64,000 nucleotides of DNA from Camelus ferus. Taxonomy: Eukaryota. The notes under the pieces are model-generated. The model ran no database searches. It saw nothing but the letters and a program-made list of their open reading frames with translations, and was not told the DNA's origin. Made by a program: the position numbers and the translations under genes. Every line of letters begins with the position of its first letter. The stretch's first letter is position 1. Below are positions 1 through 13,125 of this stretch, piece by piece. The DNA is taken from positions 37,512,001-37,576,000 of the forward strand of contig NC_045697.1 in assembly GCF_009834535.1 (NCBI RefSeq). Direction: 5' to 3'.

Positions 1-459
1 GCCAGAACTTGCAGACAATGTGATCGTTGTTCTAGGGATTTGCAGTCAAAATATTCTGTTTTGTGAAAGTTCGATTTTTGCCCAGTGATCACATTTTTTT
101 GGTACAATTTTTAAGGAAAGCACATGTTCATCCATTTGCTGATTCACCCTCGCCCACAAAGTCAACAATGATTCAAACCCAAATTGCTTTCAATCTTCCC
201 CAGTACCTCATTTTTATCATAAAGGGACTTGCTACACAAACAATCTGCCATTCAAGTAGGAATATCCATAGTCAGTATAGTTCATGCTACTAAACCCCTG
301 CTAGCCGTTAAAGGAGATGAATTGTGGAGCTGGAGAGCTGCAGCGGGGGACATCAGGAGTTCTGGAGAGCCTCTCTAAGAAAGCCCCAAATATAAGAATT
401 CTAACCAACAAAGCAGGAAAATTAGGAGTGATTTCCTGTTGTGTTCCAGTGGTGTTGTG

Positions 460-660
460 GAAGATACACAGAACGTATATGTAGGAGTTACAGATTCTAA
501 CCCAGATCCAGCCACGTATCAGCTGTGAGTCCTTAGACAAACTACTTAACCACTCTGAACCTCAGTCTCATCTTCTGGACATAGGCAATACTTATGTTTT
601 TAGGCTGTTATGAGGTAACAAATTTCAAAATATCTAGTATATATTTGGCACAAAGTGAAT
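460..660 (+). mobile_element. MIR SINE remnant
   Basis: Core-like motif 'gctgtgagtccttagacaaactacttaaccactctgaacctcagtctcatc'. Confidence 0.7.
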
Positions 661-675
661 ACTGAAAATCTTTTT

Positions 676-1082
676 CTTTAAATTGAAGTATAGTCAATTT
701 ACAATGTTGTTTTAGTCTCTGGTGTACAGCATGGTGATTCAGTTATACACACATACATATTCTTTTCCATTATAGGTTATTACAAGATATTGAATATAGT
801 TCCCTGTGCTATACAGTAGGTCCTTGCTATTTATCTGTTTTACATATAGTAGTTAATATCTGCAAGTCTCAAACTCCCAATTTATCCCTCTCCCCCCCAC
901 CCCATAACCTTAAGTTTGTTTTCTATGTCTATGAGTCTGTTTCTGTTTTGTAAATAAATTCATTTGTGTCATTTTTTTTTAAGATTCCACATAGAAGTGA
1001 CATCATATGGTTTGTCTTTCTCTTTCTGGCTTACTTTACTTAGTGTAATAATCTCTAGGTCCATTCATGTTGCTGCTAATGG
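676..1082 (-). mobile_element. 5'-truncated young L1 (3' UTR)
   Basis: 'aattgaagtatagtcaatttacaatgttg...tccattcatgttgctgc', shared with other L1 3' ends here; TSD gaaaatcttttt at 664-675 and 1083-1094. Confidence 0.9.
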
Positions 1083-1439
1083 GAAAATCTTTTTCATTCT
1101 TTTAATCTGAAAGATTAAATCTTTTAGAGTTAATTCTGAATCTGAATTGTAAATAATTTTCTACCTAAAAGGGTAAAATCTTAATTTACCTGTATTTCTA
1201 TAGGAACATGTCAATTAATCAAAATAAAAAGGGAAATCCTGAAAGTTTATAACAGATACCAGGAATATCTGAAATCTTATTCTCAATTTCCAGATGGTTG
1301 CCACTGGAACAACTCAGAGCCAGGTGGTCATGTATGCTACTTCCTGCCAAAGACTTTTGGGCTGTGGGGTTTGTTCACTATGAAGAGAGCAGATCACGCC
1401 TTCCACTCCCTCACTGTCTATTGCCAAGAAGAGAATGTG

Positions 1440-2290
1440 TGTTGCCCGTGGCCATTGTTTAATTCTGTTCAGTTCAGTTTGATGATTATGGACAAGGCAA
1501 CACTCAGGGTACTGAAGATACACAGACATGGAGACATGATCCCTGCCCTTGAGGGGCTCACAGCCCAGTAGGGAGACAGATGGATAAACAAATAAATTTG
1601 TGTGAGCGAGTGAACTCTGTGATTAGTGTGTGTGAACATGGAGAATTATGGGCCTAGAGGAATTAGGAATAACTTTCTGGAGGAGGTGATGACTGAGCTA
1701 AATCTGGAGGAACCCATCTATGCATTCACCCACATACCCATCCATCTACCCATCCACTCGTCCATCCATCCATCCATCCATCCATCCCTCCCTCCCTTTA
1801 TTCAGCAAATAAATGTTAAGTATTTACTATATGCGAGACATCGCTCTAAGCATTGTGGTTAGAGTGTGGAACAAGCAGATAGAGTCTACTTTTATGGAAA
1901 TTACATTCTGCTAAAGGGAGGCAGAAAATAAATATGTGAACAAATAAACACACAAATATAAACAGCTTCAGGCACCAAGGACAAATGCTAAGAAGAAAAT
2001 GGGGAGTGATGCTTCTGGTCAGGGTATGGAGACTATTTTAGGTAAGTTTCCCAGAGGAGGGAAAACTGAGTCAAGACCAGAATAATGGGATGGAGACAAA
2101 GGATGCAAAAATCCAGAGTTAGAGCACTAGGCAGAGGAAATGAGCAGAGGCTGTAAGGTAATAACTCGCTTGGTCTAATCATAAACAAAACAAAGTTTAA
2201 AAAATTAGTCCAAAGCCAGTGTGGGGAGGGAGGGGCTGGTTTGAGATGAGGTCAGAGAGGAAGGTCTCTTTGCCTGTGAGCCATGGCAGA
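1440..2290 (-). mobile_element. L2 3' end fragments with a (CATC)n tract at ~1722-1790
   Basis: 'attcagcaaataaatgttaagtatttactatatgcgagacatcgctctaagc' and 'gacatgatccctgcccttgaggggctcacagcccagtagggagacaga' are typical L2 tails. Confidence 0.7.
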
Positions 2291-2679
2291 CAGTAGCCTC
2301 AGTGCAACAGGAGGGGTCAAACCAGGAGAGGGATGTGTTCTGAATTCCGGCTTTTATGATAGCCCAGGGGTTAGCCCGCGCAAGTCCAGAAGCAGGCAAC
2401 TCCAGGCAGAGGGGGCTTATGCCCCCTTCCTCGTGTGCAATTTCTCTGGTTGGTGTTCCTTCTGCCTTTTTCTCTTCTCCTACCCACCACAACAGTGCTG
2501 TCGTCACGAGGTCAGGGTCAGCATATATGATCAGAGACCTAACAGCTGCCACTACTGGACGGCGCACTGTGCATAATCGCTCCTGCTTCTAGAAATGCTG
2601 ACTCAATTGCTAGACTCCTCATAAAACAGCAACAAGGTGTCGTATGTACGTGGCATGCCTACATCTCTTGCAGGGTGTT

Positions 2680-2860
2680 CACCATCATTATTTTAATTTT
2701 AGCCAAAGAGGTAAAAATATCAGGCATTTTTTTTTTTTACCCTCATGTGATGGATGAGGAAATTTCTGTGCATCAGCACAGAAAGGTGAGTCGATATGCT
2801 CAAGGTCACACAGCTAGTTTGTGACAGAGTCGGGACTGGAATCCTGGTCTCTGATTCATA
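2680..2860 (-). mobile_element. MIR SINE remnant
   Basis: 'gctcaaggtcacacagctagtttgtgacagagtcgggactggaatcctggtctctgattc'. Confidence 0.75.
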
Positions 2861-2875
2861 GTATGTACTGGATCC

Positions 2876-3095
2876 GCAGCCATTCTCCATGGGGTGCTAC
2901 TGATTTTCAGTGGGGGGTGGGCATGGGGGTGAGCTACTGAAGTGGGGGGTGGGCATGGGTGACTGTCCCAGATACCGCAGAATATTTTGAATTCCTGGCC
3001 CCTGCCAGTAGCAATCAGCTGAAAAACCTTGTGACAATCAAAAAGTATTTCCACACATTCCCTGGGGAAGATTGGTGGTGCCCCCGGGGAACAGT
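2876..3095. mobile_element. MER20-like hAT MITE remnant
   Basis: 'gactgtccc...cctggcccctgccagtagc...ttgtgacaatcaaaaagtatttccacacattccctgggg'. Confidence 0.55.
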
Positions 3096-5459
3096 GGAGT
3101 TTAATGCGCTCCTGTGTAGATGGGAAAACGGAGACACGAGAAGCAGAAGGCAGTTAGCAGCTGCTCACACATTTGTTGTGTATTATTTAAACAGCTGTCA
3201 TTAATACACTCCTACACTCTTACCTTATCTGGTAAGTATAAGGATGCTGACTCAGGAAGACCATTTATTTGTTTCATCATTTGACAGGCAACTCCTGATT
3301 ATCTTGTAAGGCAGTGCTCTGAGCTGAACGCTAAGGATGTGATGTTGAAGAGGGACATGGTGCTGGTCCTCAAGGAGGTTGCATCATGGAGAGGGCAGAA
3401 GTGGAGCCCTGGAAGCTTATGAACAATTCCATGGCAAAGAGGAAAATGTCAGGATGCCGCCACACTGGTGATGGAAGAAGCTAGACAAGGACACCCAACT
3501 CAGATTTAGAGGCTTAGGGAAGGAGCAATTTTCCAACACCGCAGCTGTCCAGAACCAGATCATATTGGAATAAAACTAGATTGCCATTAATGAAGATATT
3601 TAAATAGAAACTGGATCATCAGATGGCTGAGAAAATGTTAAACGGTTTAAGCAGTGCAGGTCAAGTTCACTAAGATCTCTGTCATGTCCGCAGAAGACCA
3701 TAAACAGAATGTAATCACATCTGATTTCTGTAATGATACGTGGCAATGAAGTAACCCTGTATTAGACTAGGTTATAAAAAGAAAATGCTAGGAATAATGT
3801 TTTCCTCCAAAATGCTTCTACAAAGTATTGACTTAAACAAAAAAAACTTGCCCCTTTCCACCTGCCCATTCATATAGGGAGTTTTCAGGACAGGATTCAG
3901 CCTAGAGAGGGGGTTGGTAACCCCCAGCGCCAAGTGGAAGGGTGGGCTTCTGGGAGGCCAGGGCAAGGGAAAGGTCCTCTATGGAAGAATTTTTAATTGA
4001 GCGCCAGGTGCTTTTATTCTCTGAGGGAGCCGGAAAAGCCAAGGAGAGCTCCTTAGCTCCAATTTACTCTGGTCTGTGCTGATCCAGGGAGATTGGCAGC
4101 CCAAATATCAGCAGAGGACAGTTCCTGACAACTCTGTGACAAGGGAGAGAGTCTCGAGGGAGGAGGGTGCCCAAGGACCACAAATGTTATACTGCCCTCC
4201 GGGAGGTGAAGTGTCAGCTTTCAGCAAACGTTTCCTCTGCGCAAGGACAGAAGATGGCTGCTCTAACTGGGTTAAAAGTCATGTTTGTGTCACTCGTGTC
4301 AAAGGGACAAGGCTTAGAAAAATGAATCGGCCATTGGTCAAGGCAATGATTGTGGATTGCTGATGGCTCGGATTTAAACTTCAAAGGATAAGGTTATCAG
4401 CGTTAGCTTTTCTTGCTGCTTCTGTATTTTAGGTTGGAAATTTTTTTACTCAAACCAGACGTCTACCAGATACCTATGGGATAATTAAAGCGTAGAATAA
4501 TGGCCATCAGATTAAAAAAAAAATCTCTCTTCCCTGCTCATCATCCATGGTCTATTCATCCCTTAAACACCTCTCCTAATTTCAGATATTCTCCCCAGTT
4601 TGGCTTTTCCTTCCACCAGTGCTGAACTTTAATTTTTATCAGCCTGCTTTTGATTGAGGGAAGCATTAAGATGAATGGGTTATTCTCTTTGAGGATTTAG
4701 GTTAATTCCTTTTTCCGTGTTCAGTTTAGGATTCCAAATATATCTTGTGGTTGTCAAACCATCCACTGACCTCTGGTTCAAAATGCATCAAATCTAGGTA
4801 GAATTTTTGTTCTTGAGAGCCCCCTTATTTTTAAGAATTGGTCTTTAAAACTCTGTCTTCCTCCTTTTACATCCACTCTCACCTCCTGTTCTGAGCTACC
4901 AGGGTCTTCTGTTATCACAGAAGTTTCTTAAGTCTTAAGTTGTTCTTTCTTAAAATTTCTCCTTCAGTCCTCTTTTATTTCCTTCTTTGTTTTCCCCAGC
5001 TCCACCTGATTTTGGCTCAAGAATTTCTTCCTAGCAGGGGCCTCTCCTTTGAATATAACTAGGGTCAGGGACTCCTTCACATTCATGTCAAAAATTATCC
5101 CTGATTTTTTTTTCTAAATATGAAGTACTTAATTAACTTTTGCTTAGAAATATATGGTCCCTATTTAAAAAAGCAACATTCAATAAAACATGCCTATAGA
5201 AAATTTAACATACCAACAAAGAGATAAAGATTACCTATAATTTAAAAATCTTTTTCTATTATATAAGTTTCAAGTGTATAGCGTTATAGGTCAACTACCC
5301 TAGCATTGTAATCTTACTACCCTAAAGTGAATATCTTTAATATTTTGTTGTATTTTTTTCCAAATACATAGTTGTATATGTATTCTATACAAAAATATTT
5401 ATTTTCCTTAACTTAAAAAATTAGAAAATAAAGAACACTTCAAGTTCACTGAAATACAG

Positions 5460-5612
5460 AAATTTGGTGGCTGATCTTGTTGGATTAGGGCCCCACCCTT
5501 ATGACCATTTAACCTTAATTACCTCCCTAACAGCTTGCCTCCAAATATAGTCACATTGTGGGTTAGGACTTCAATACATAAATTTTGAAGGGACACAGTT
5601 CAGTCCATAGCA
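5460..5612 (-). mobile_element. MaLR LTR fragment (MLT1A/B/C-like)
   Basis: 'ggattagggccccacccttatgaccatttaaccttaattacc...ccaaatatagtcacatt...gggacacagttcagtccatagca'. Confidence 0.8.
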
Positions 5613-5989
5613 CCCTTTTTGCTCTCTGTCTGTTCTGCCTGAAGTGCAGGTGGACAACCTCCAGTGTACCGGATAAGGACCCTGAGTGTTGGTTTCTCAG
5701 TCAACAGATGAGCCAGTGGCGCTTAATGTGCTCCATTTACTAAAGCAGGACAAACTAACCTGACATTTTAGTGTATTGTTTTCTAAACTCCAATCATTTG
5801 CTCATCATTGTCATAATTTTTGCCGTATTTTTATGCCAAGTGTACCATTGTTTGCTTAAATTGGTTCATGTTTTCATTTAAATATTAAAAACTTATCATG
5901 AGATCATAGATCTAATTATGTTTTTATAATAGACAGTAAGACAAATATATTACAATTAAAATTACTTTTTGGAAATGTTCGGTTCTGGG

Positions 5990-6340
5990 CCCTACAGAGC
6001 CCCACTCTGCCGGGAAGGATTCTGTGTATTTCCAGCCCTTTTGACATCAGGCTTGACCATGTGACTGGCTTTGCCCAGAGATGCAGTGTTCCTGAGCAGA
6101 CAATTTACGAGGCATTTTTTTTGGACTTGCATGATTCTTTCTTCCTGCCTTAATTCAAGACTGAAGTAAGAGCTGTGCTTTGACCTAGTCCTGAAATGAA
6201 GAAAACGAAAGGCAGAGCTGAAACCGGCTGGCAACTTACAGGGAATGTGAGTGAGAAATAAACATTTAATTTTGTAAGCCACTGAAATTTTTCTTATAGG
6301 TCATTTGTTACTGCATCCAGACTTAACCTAAGCTGACCCA
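5990..6340 (+). mobile_element. Old MaLR LTR (MLT1H/J-like)
   Basis: 'gaccatgtgactggctttgcc' and 3' end 'gagtgagaaataaacatttaattttgtaagccactgaaattt...ttgttactgca'. Confidence 0.7.
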
Positions 6341-7119
6341 TCAAATGTCCATTCATATACTATGTAGAGTCAGCTTACATAATAGGATTTGGGCAATTTT
6401 ATACCTTTTGAGAAACATTGCTGAGTGTTTTCTGAGGGCTTGAATACCTTCTGTAAGTTATCTGTGTATTTCTCAAATGACTGGGTACTTTCATCTTATT
6501 GGGAAATTATTTGAATGGAATTTGTAAAATCTGTGAACAATCCACGTCCTGACAAATCATGGACCACAGCTTTCCTGCTCCTCTGGCCCTTGGCCTTGAG
6601 CATCAGTAGCTCAGGGTAGTGTGTCTTTCTGTCACACTTTAAAGACAGCCTTTAGTCTGGAGAGGTGGTGATGGAGAATCGGCATTCAGATGAACTAAAG
6701 ACACTTTTTGTCTCAAATACTCCGGTTTATCCCACTGACACTTCAAAGACTTCAAAGACAACTGGACTTTGGGGAGGGCTGGGTCTTTGAAGTGGGGCAT
6801 AGAGAATGTGGGAATGCTTTTCAAGGCTGGGACAGGTGGACGGTTTTCTAACATAAGTGAACTATGGATAAAATAAAGACACAAAGTATAAAAGTATTTC
6901 TTATCTGTCTGCCCATTACCCAATCCATGCCATCTTATTAAATACAACTTTTGATATGCTATGATAGGGGAATGGCAATGAAGTAATTAAGTAATACTCA
7001 GTTTTAGAAAAAGTTGCTGCTATGTAACAACGACAAAATTTGAAAGACTCAGGGCTGTAAAATAATATATGATTAGAAGACCTAATCAAACCATTGATTA
7101 TTCAAAGGTACTTCTGAAG

Positions 7120-7830
7120 GCCCACTGCTAAGAAAAATTATCTTTTGACTTCGGTTCCCCTCTGTTCCTCTCCAGTCTGCCGCCTGCAGATAATACTTAT
7201 CTCCTTTTGCCAAATCAGGGGTCTTGCTTAGCTCTCTTCCTCTTTAACTCCTCAGCGGCATGTGACAGTTAACCTCCTTGAAACTCCCTCTAACCCAGTT
7301 CTCTGTGAAAGTCCACTTTCCTGATATGCCTCTGAACTCCTAGCAGAGTTTTTGGTTCACTTTATCAGCTCACCTCTCCCTCTTGTCTAAGTGGGAGTGC
7401 TCCTCAGAGCTCTTTGGACCCTGTTATACTTCCATCATGCTCTCTGGTTTAGGAAACTCATCCATCACCACAATTTCAGTTTGAGACTGATGCTTCCAGC
7501 CCTGACTACCCTTTGCCCTCAGGATTTGTGACTGGCACTGACTCAGAGGGCACGTCCACTTGGATGTCCTACCATCGCTTCAAACTCAACATATACACAA
7601 CCATACTCAGCTTCAGTCCAACAGAACCTGCTTTTTCACTGTGCACCACAATCCCATTTTCCTTGGCATCATCTTTCATTTTCAGGACCTCTATCCAATC
7701 TATCTTCAAGTGAGTTATTTTTTCTTTAAAATGTTTCTTGGATCTCTTTATTTTCTTCTAATTCTGACTTCCAAAATCCCGGTTCAGACTAGCAAACTCA
7801 CACCAGCATCCTGCCATCACATATGTAGGA
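7120..7830 (+). mobile_element. L2 ORF2/3' remnant
   Basis: 'cacgtccacttggatgtcctaccatcgcttcaaactcaacatatacacaacc' and the C/T-rich L2 pattern. Confidence 0.65.
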
Positions 7831-8130
7831 TGTCCAACGTGGCAGATGCTGCTAGTTGTCTATTAGGTATCTCTTCTCCCCTCTTCCCTCATTAAAAGAG
7901 CTCCAGTTATTGGGGATGTTGCCACAAACCAGATAAAATATGTCCCCTGTTATCCATGCATCTAGTTCTGCTGATGAGCAGTTCTACTAGATGAGATTTC
8001 TGGGAGAGCTACTGTTTCCTGGATAAAAGGTAAGACCCAGATGGTCCATGCCTTTCCCCTTCTTTCTACCTTCCTTTTTCCCTGGATGAAGTGTGGATGC
8101 AATGACCGTGGTTAAGATGTCATATTTTAA
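7830..8130 (+). mobile_element. Old MaLR LTR fragment (MLT1J/K-like)
   Basis: 'gtggcagatgctgctagttgtc...ttctcccctcttccctcattaaaagagctccag'. Confidence 0.5.
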
Positions 8131-9640
8131 GTCAGATGGACAGTTTCCCACCCCCACTTCACATACTTTCTCTTGTTGAGACCTTGGGAAACTTACCTAT
8201 GCTCTTTAAGCCCCAATTTCACATCCATAAAACTGGTGCAACAATATTACTAGTCTGTAAAGATTAAAATACTCATATGTTTATAAAGCATTGAGCATGG
8301 TGTATGCACAGTGCCTCATCTCTATCAGTAAGTGCTGTTTCCATTTTCTAAACTCCTATTAGACTTCGAGTAAATATGGTACGTTTTTGCATTGCCTTAT
8401 TTTGTCTCCTGGATTACCTGTCTCTTTGGAGACAAGGAGACTGTAATCAACTTGAGGCCACTGACCACTTTTTCTGCTGCTTTCATAGCCTCTGAATTGC
8501 CTTGTCCAGTTCTAGGTGTGGAGTAGGCTCTTAAAAACCCTTAGGAATTTAATGATAGAGGATATGATAAAGGTGTTGAAAATCAGATCTTAGGACAAAG
8601 TAAGTATTTGCTGAAGTTAGGAAAACAAAAGCAGAGGCTCTAAAGATGATCATTTTGCATTGCATTCCGCCATCTGTAGCGGGAAACCTGGACACAAATA
8701 GAGAGGATGCTGCTGCGGATGGTTTCTACTCTTCACTAGATCCGATTCTGAGTCCAGACTCCACCTCTCTTCCTATCCCCACCTCCACCCCAAATGCTAT
8801 TTCAACTCCAATGTGCTGGGGAGCGACGCAGATTTTCCTGGAGAAAAACTTCCTCATCATCCCTTTAACATCTCAGTCTTTCTCCTTTTATCTCTTTCTG
8901 GCTGTTCTGCTTCTTCTCACATTTCTCCTCCCAAAAGGCTAAAAAAAAAATCCCCATATAAAGACTCGTCTGCCGTCACCCGGAGCACTAGGTCCTCCCG
9001 TGAGCTTGTACACCGCCCTCAGCACCCAAAGTCCGACTGGTGAGCCATCCCTGGGGCTAGCCTGCTTGTGAGGGTTATTTATAGTCTTATTTCTGCCTTA
9101 TGTGGCCTCATTGCTATGTACCAGGGCGCCCGACTTCTTTACATCCCCTCCAGGCTACCCAAGCCCCCCCCCCCATTTTCTACCTTTCTCACCTCCGCTC
9201 TGCTCTTTTACATCCTTCTACCTTTCTCTTCTCCCTTCGCCCTAACCATCAGTCTCCATTCTTATTTCTCGAATGCTTGGGAGAAGTTATTGAGACCAGG
9301 GTACACCTGCTTCCACCAAAAAACAGTGGAGCAGAAAAGGGGCTCCTTGACTCAGTGTGACCTGCTAACACCTCTCCCCTTACCGAGGCAGGCGGCAGGA
9401 GGCTGTTTCCTGTACAGGGCTGCCTTTTTGGCCTTGCCTTGGTCTTGGGAAGTTTTTATTTGGAGAGGGCTGGGGTTCTATCAATGGGAGGATCCAATTC
9501 TGAGTGAAAAGAAAGTTTAAACCAGGAGATTCTAACACCTTCATTACCCAAGGTTGGGAACACATACGTGGAGATTAAAGTCTCCACCATGCCCAGTCAC
9601 CAGGCTTCCTTTGGATGTAGGACCTTAGGGCTTGGCCTTC

Positions 9641-9722
9641 TTTTCTTTTCTTTTTTTTAATTGAAGTACGGTTGATTTACAATGTTGTGTTAGTTTCTGG
9701 TGTGCAGCGTAGAGATTCAGCT

Positions 9723-9756
<34 letters not shown>

Positions 9757-9757
9757 A
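9641..9757 (-). mobile_element. Very short young L1 3' end with (TA)n
   Basis: Poly(T) followed by 'aattgaagtacggttgatttacaatgttgtgttagtttctggtg'. Confidence 0.85.
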
Positions 9758-11219
9758 ATGAAAAAGCCCTGAGCCGGTGTCAGTTTTCTCCACTGGTCCA
9801 TCAGGGAGACCCCGGCTCCAGGTATTTCCCACGTGAGGACGAGAAACACTGGGAGGGCAGGCATCGAGGGCCCCTGACATCCTATTATGACTGAGATGCA
9901 AGTCTGCGAGGAAATAAACATTCTAAAATAGCATCTCTGGGATTTGTTCCAACTTTTTCATGGAAAGAAAACCATCACAGACAGTTTATATTTGGCTTCT
10001 TGATATGATGTGTTCTGACCCTCCCTTTTGCCTCTGCTAACTCACATCTGCCACCACCAGCTACTGTCCTAGAAGTGGTTGTCAGTGTGTGAGTGTGTGC
10101 ACGTGCGCAAGCATGGCTATGCACATATGTAATCTTCAACGTACACGTTCAGTCCTTGTGATTCTCTGAACTCCTTTCAATGGCGGAGACTTCTTGCCAC
10201 CTTGCTCCCCTCCCCTCTTCTCCTCCTGCCAAACTGCTATTTTGTACCTCTGTTGCAACTGGGTCTTGTTTTTTACTTTACCAAGAGGAAGCAAGAGGCC
10301 TTCAGTGGGAAAGCAAGAGGTTTCCAGTGCTCACCAAATACAGATGCTCAGGAAATGGGGGACTCATGTGGCTTGTATATAGGGAACTTCTCAGCTACAG
10401 TACCGTGTCCTGTGTGGGAGGCCCAGTTCACTCCTCGCTGTCTCCCAGGCTGCCTGACTCCAAATGTCCCCTGGAATAATTCAACTTCTTATCTAAGGTA
10501 AGGGCCAGCTTCCTTGAACCACCAACTGCTCGATTGCACAACAGATCAGTTATATAAGAGGATCTTAAGAAAGAATAAAATCATGAGCCCTCCTGCATAA
10601 CTGCCTCTCTCCAGGCATCAGCCCCAGACTCGAGGAAGGGGGCCCAGTTGGGGCAACTGGTCCATGTGTAAACAGAAGCTGCAGAGCGGACTGTTGGTTT
10701 TGCTCACTGGAGTTCAAGGGCTGCACCGCGTCCGAGTGTTTCCTCAGACTCCTCCACTCCCGCTCCACCTCCTCACCCCACATGTAGGCACTCATTATCC
10801 TGGATGAAAATAGAAGGCTCCTCATCATTTATTTATTTTTAGCACTTGCTCAAATTAACTGGTAGCCCTGCAAGCCATACATAATACAGTGATCTGGAAG
10901 AAACTGACAGCTGCTTAATGACGGATTGTATTGTGGGAGGACAGAGAATACAAGGTTTACTCTGCAGGGGTTCTTATTTGACTGTCTGCTGTCGTCCCAG
11001 GGTTCAAGTTTTCTGATACACTGTGAGGGTTATTATCTGAAAACTCTACAGCCAGAGCTCAGCAAGGCCAGCCCAGCCTCCCTCCTGCTTCTTCGCTGGC
11101 CTTCCACTGTGGATTGGCGGGTCCTGAGCCTTTAAGAGAAGAAGGCCCAGTATCTGGAGAAGGAAGGCTGTGTCTTTGAATCCTTCACCTGCCTTGACCC
11201 CGTGATGGGAAATATAGTA

Positions 11220-11450
11220 GTGAGGGGTTTGGGAAGAGCAGGAATCCTGGAGTCAGACAAATCTGGGGAGTCTTAGCTTGAACGTTCATCATTTATGTGA
11301 CTTTGCATAAGTGGCTTAAACTTTCAGAGCCTCAGTTTCCTCATCTCTCAAAATGGGGAGAATAAGACCTACCTGCCAATGTGTTTCAGAGGATTGATGT
11401 GGAGCACCAATTATCTGGCCTCATACAGGCTTAGATACTCAATAACAACT
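11220..11450 (+). mobile_element. MIR SINE
   Basis: 'ctggagtcagac...cagagcctcagtttcctcatctctcaaaatgggg'. Confidence 0.8.
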
Positions 11451-11679
11451 TCTTCCCTTCTTTGAATTTACAGCATCTTCAGGATTCCTTAGGGAGCTAC
11501 AAACGAAACATGCCAAGCTGGACTACTGCCATTCTGCTTTTTGTTAATGGGTTCATAACATAATGTAGAAAAGATATCAAGAAAACATACAGGATACCAC
11601 TGAGAAGACTCTAAAATTCTTTTACTGATTCTACCTGAAAATGTGCTTAAGAGTTGTGCAATCAGGAAGGCCTCCTTTT

Positions 11680-12407
11680 GGAACCCTCCTACACTGTTGG
11701 TGGGATGTAAACTGGTGTGGCCACTATGGAAGACAGTATAGAACTTAAAAAACTAAAAATAGAGCTACCATATGATTCGGCAATCCCACTCTTGAGCATA
11801 TATCCAGAAAAGATGAAAATTCCAATTTAAAAAGATACATGCACCCCAATGTGCGTAGCAGCACTATTTACGATAGCCAAGACATGGAAGCAACCATGTC
11901 CATGAAATGTCCATCAACAGACGATTGGTTTAAGAAGCTGTGGTATATATACACAATGGAATACTTCTCAGCCATAAAAAAGACTAAAATAATGCCATTT
12001 GCAGCAACATGGCTGGACCTAGAGATTATCATACTAAGTGAAGTAAGACAGAAAAAGACAAATATTATATGATATCACTTATATGTGGAATCTAAAAAAT
12101 GATAGAAATCAACTTTTTATAAAACAGAAACAGACTCACAGACATAGAAAACAAACTTATGATTATCAAGGGAAGCAGGGGGAGGAATAAATTAGGAATA
12201 TGAGATTAACAGATACGCACTACTATACGTAAAATAGGTAAGTAGCAAGGATTTACTATATAACCCAGAGAACTCTATTCAATATCTTATAACCTATAAC
12301 AAAAAATAATCTGAAAAAAAATACATATATAATTTAATCATTTTGCTGTACACCTGAAACTAACACAATATTATAAATCAACTAGACTTCAATTAAAAAA
12401 AAAAAAA
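11680..12407 (+). mobile_element. 5'-truncated young L1 (ORF2 C-terminus + 3' UTR + poly-A)
   Basis: Translation ...WFKKLWYIYTMEYFSAIKK...MPFAATWLDLEIIILSEV is L1 ORF2 C-terminus; poly-A at 12395-12407. Confidence 0.92.
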
Positions 12408-13125
12408 GAAAGACAGTTTCCTTTTGAGTCCTAGGTTAAATGCGTGACCTTAGATAAAGTATTTAATCTCTCCAAGCCTTAATTTTCTCAGTCTCATTGG
12501 GATCTGTGAGTGATAAATACAATAACAAGTATAAAACTACTAATTAAGTGCTGAAATACAGTGGGTGCCCCCAAAATATTACTTTCTTTATTAATTTATA
12601 AATAATTTATAATTATATTAATTATATACATTATTTCTTTAATAATTATAAATTATAAATTGTATTCATTTTCTAGTTTTGAACTGGGATTAGATATTCA
12701 TTTGTGTAACAAATGCGTATTGAGCAGACGTGTTTATGTGCCAGAAATGGTTCTAGTTGCTAGGCATCCTATATATTCTGGCTTGGGAGAAAGAAGACAA
12801 ACTGGCAGATGAAAGTTTACTTAATTTTGTTCAAAAAATATGGGATTCCATTAGGCTCATGCTACAGAGCTAATTTTTTATTCAACTATATTTTATTTCA
12901 TGGAAAATTGTCTCTGTCAACATATAGAGAGCTTTCTTATCCTTCTATATGGTTGCATATTATTCCAAAATGTGTGTTTGTGTGTATACACACATACACC
13001 CTGTTATTTAGTCATTATCTTAGTGATGGTCATTGGTGTTCTCTACCTTTTGTGCAGGAGAAAGAATTGGAAAAATGTTATCCTCATTTTTTTATTATTA
13101 TACTCATGATAATTTTTGTAGATAA

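Noticed and set aside
11839..12072. ORFs resembling a real protein (also 14948-15313, 58085-58321, 42380-42631)
   Set aside because: Fragments of L1 ORF2 or ORF1 inside truncated elements, not host genes.
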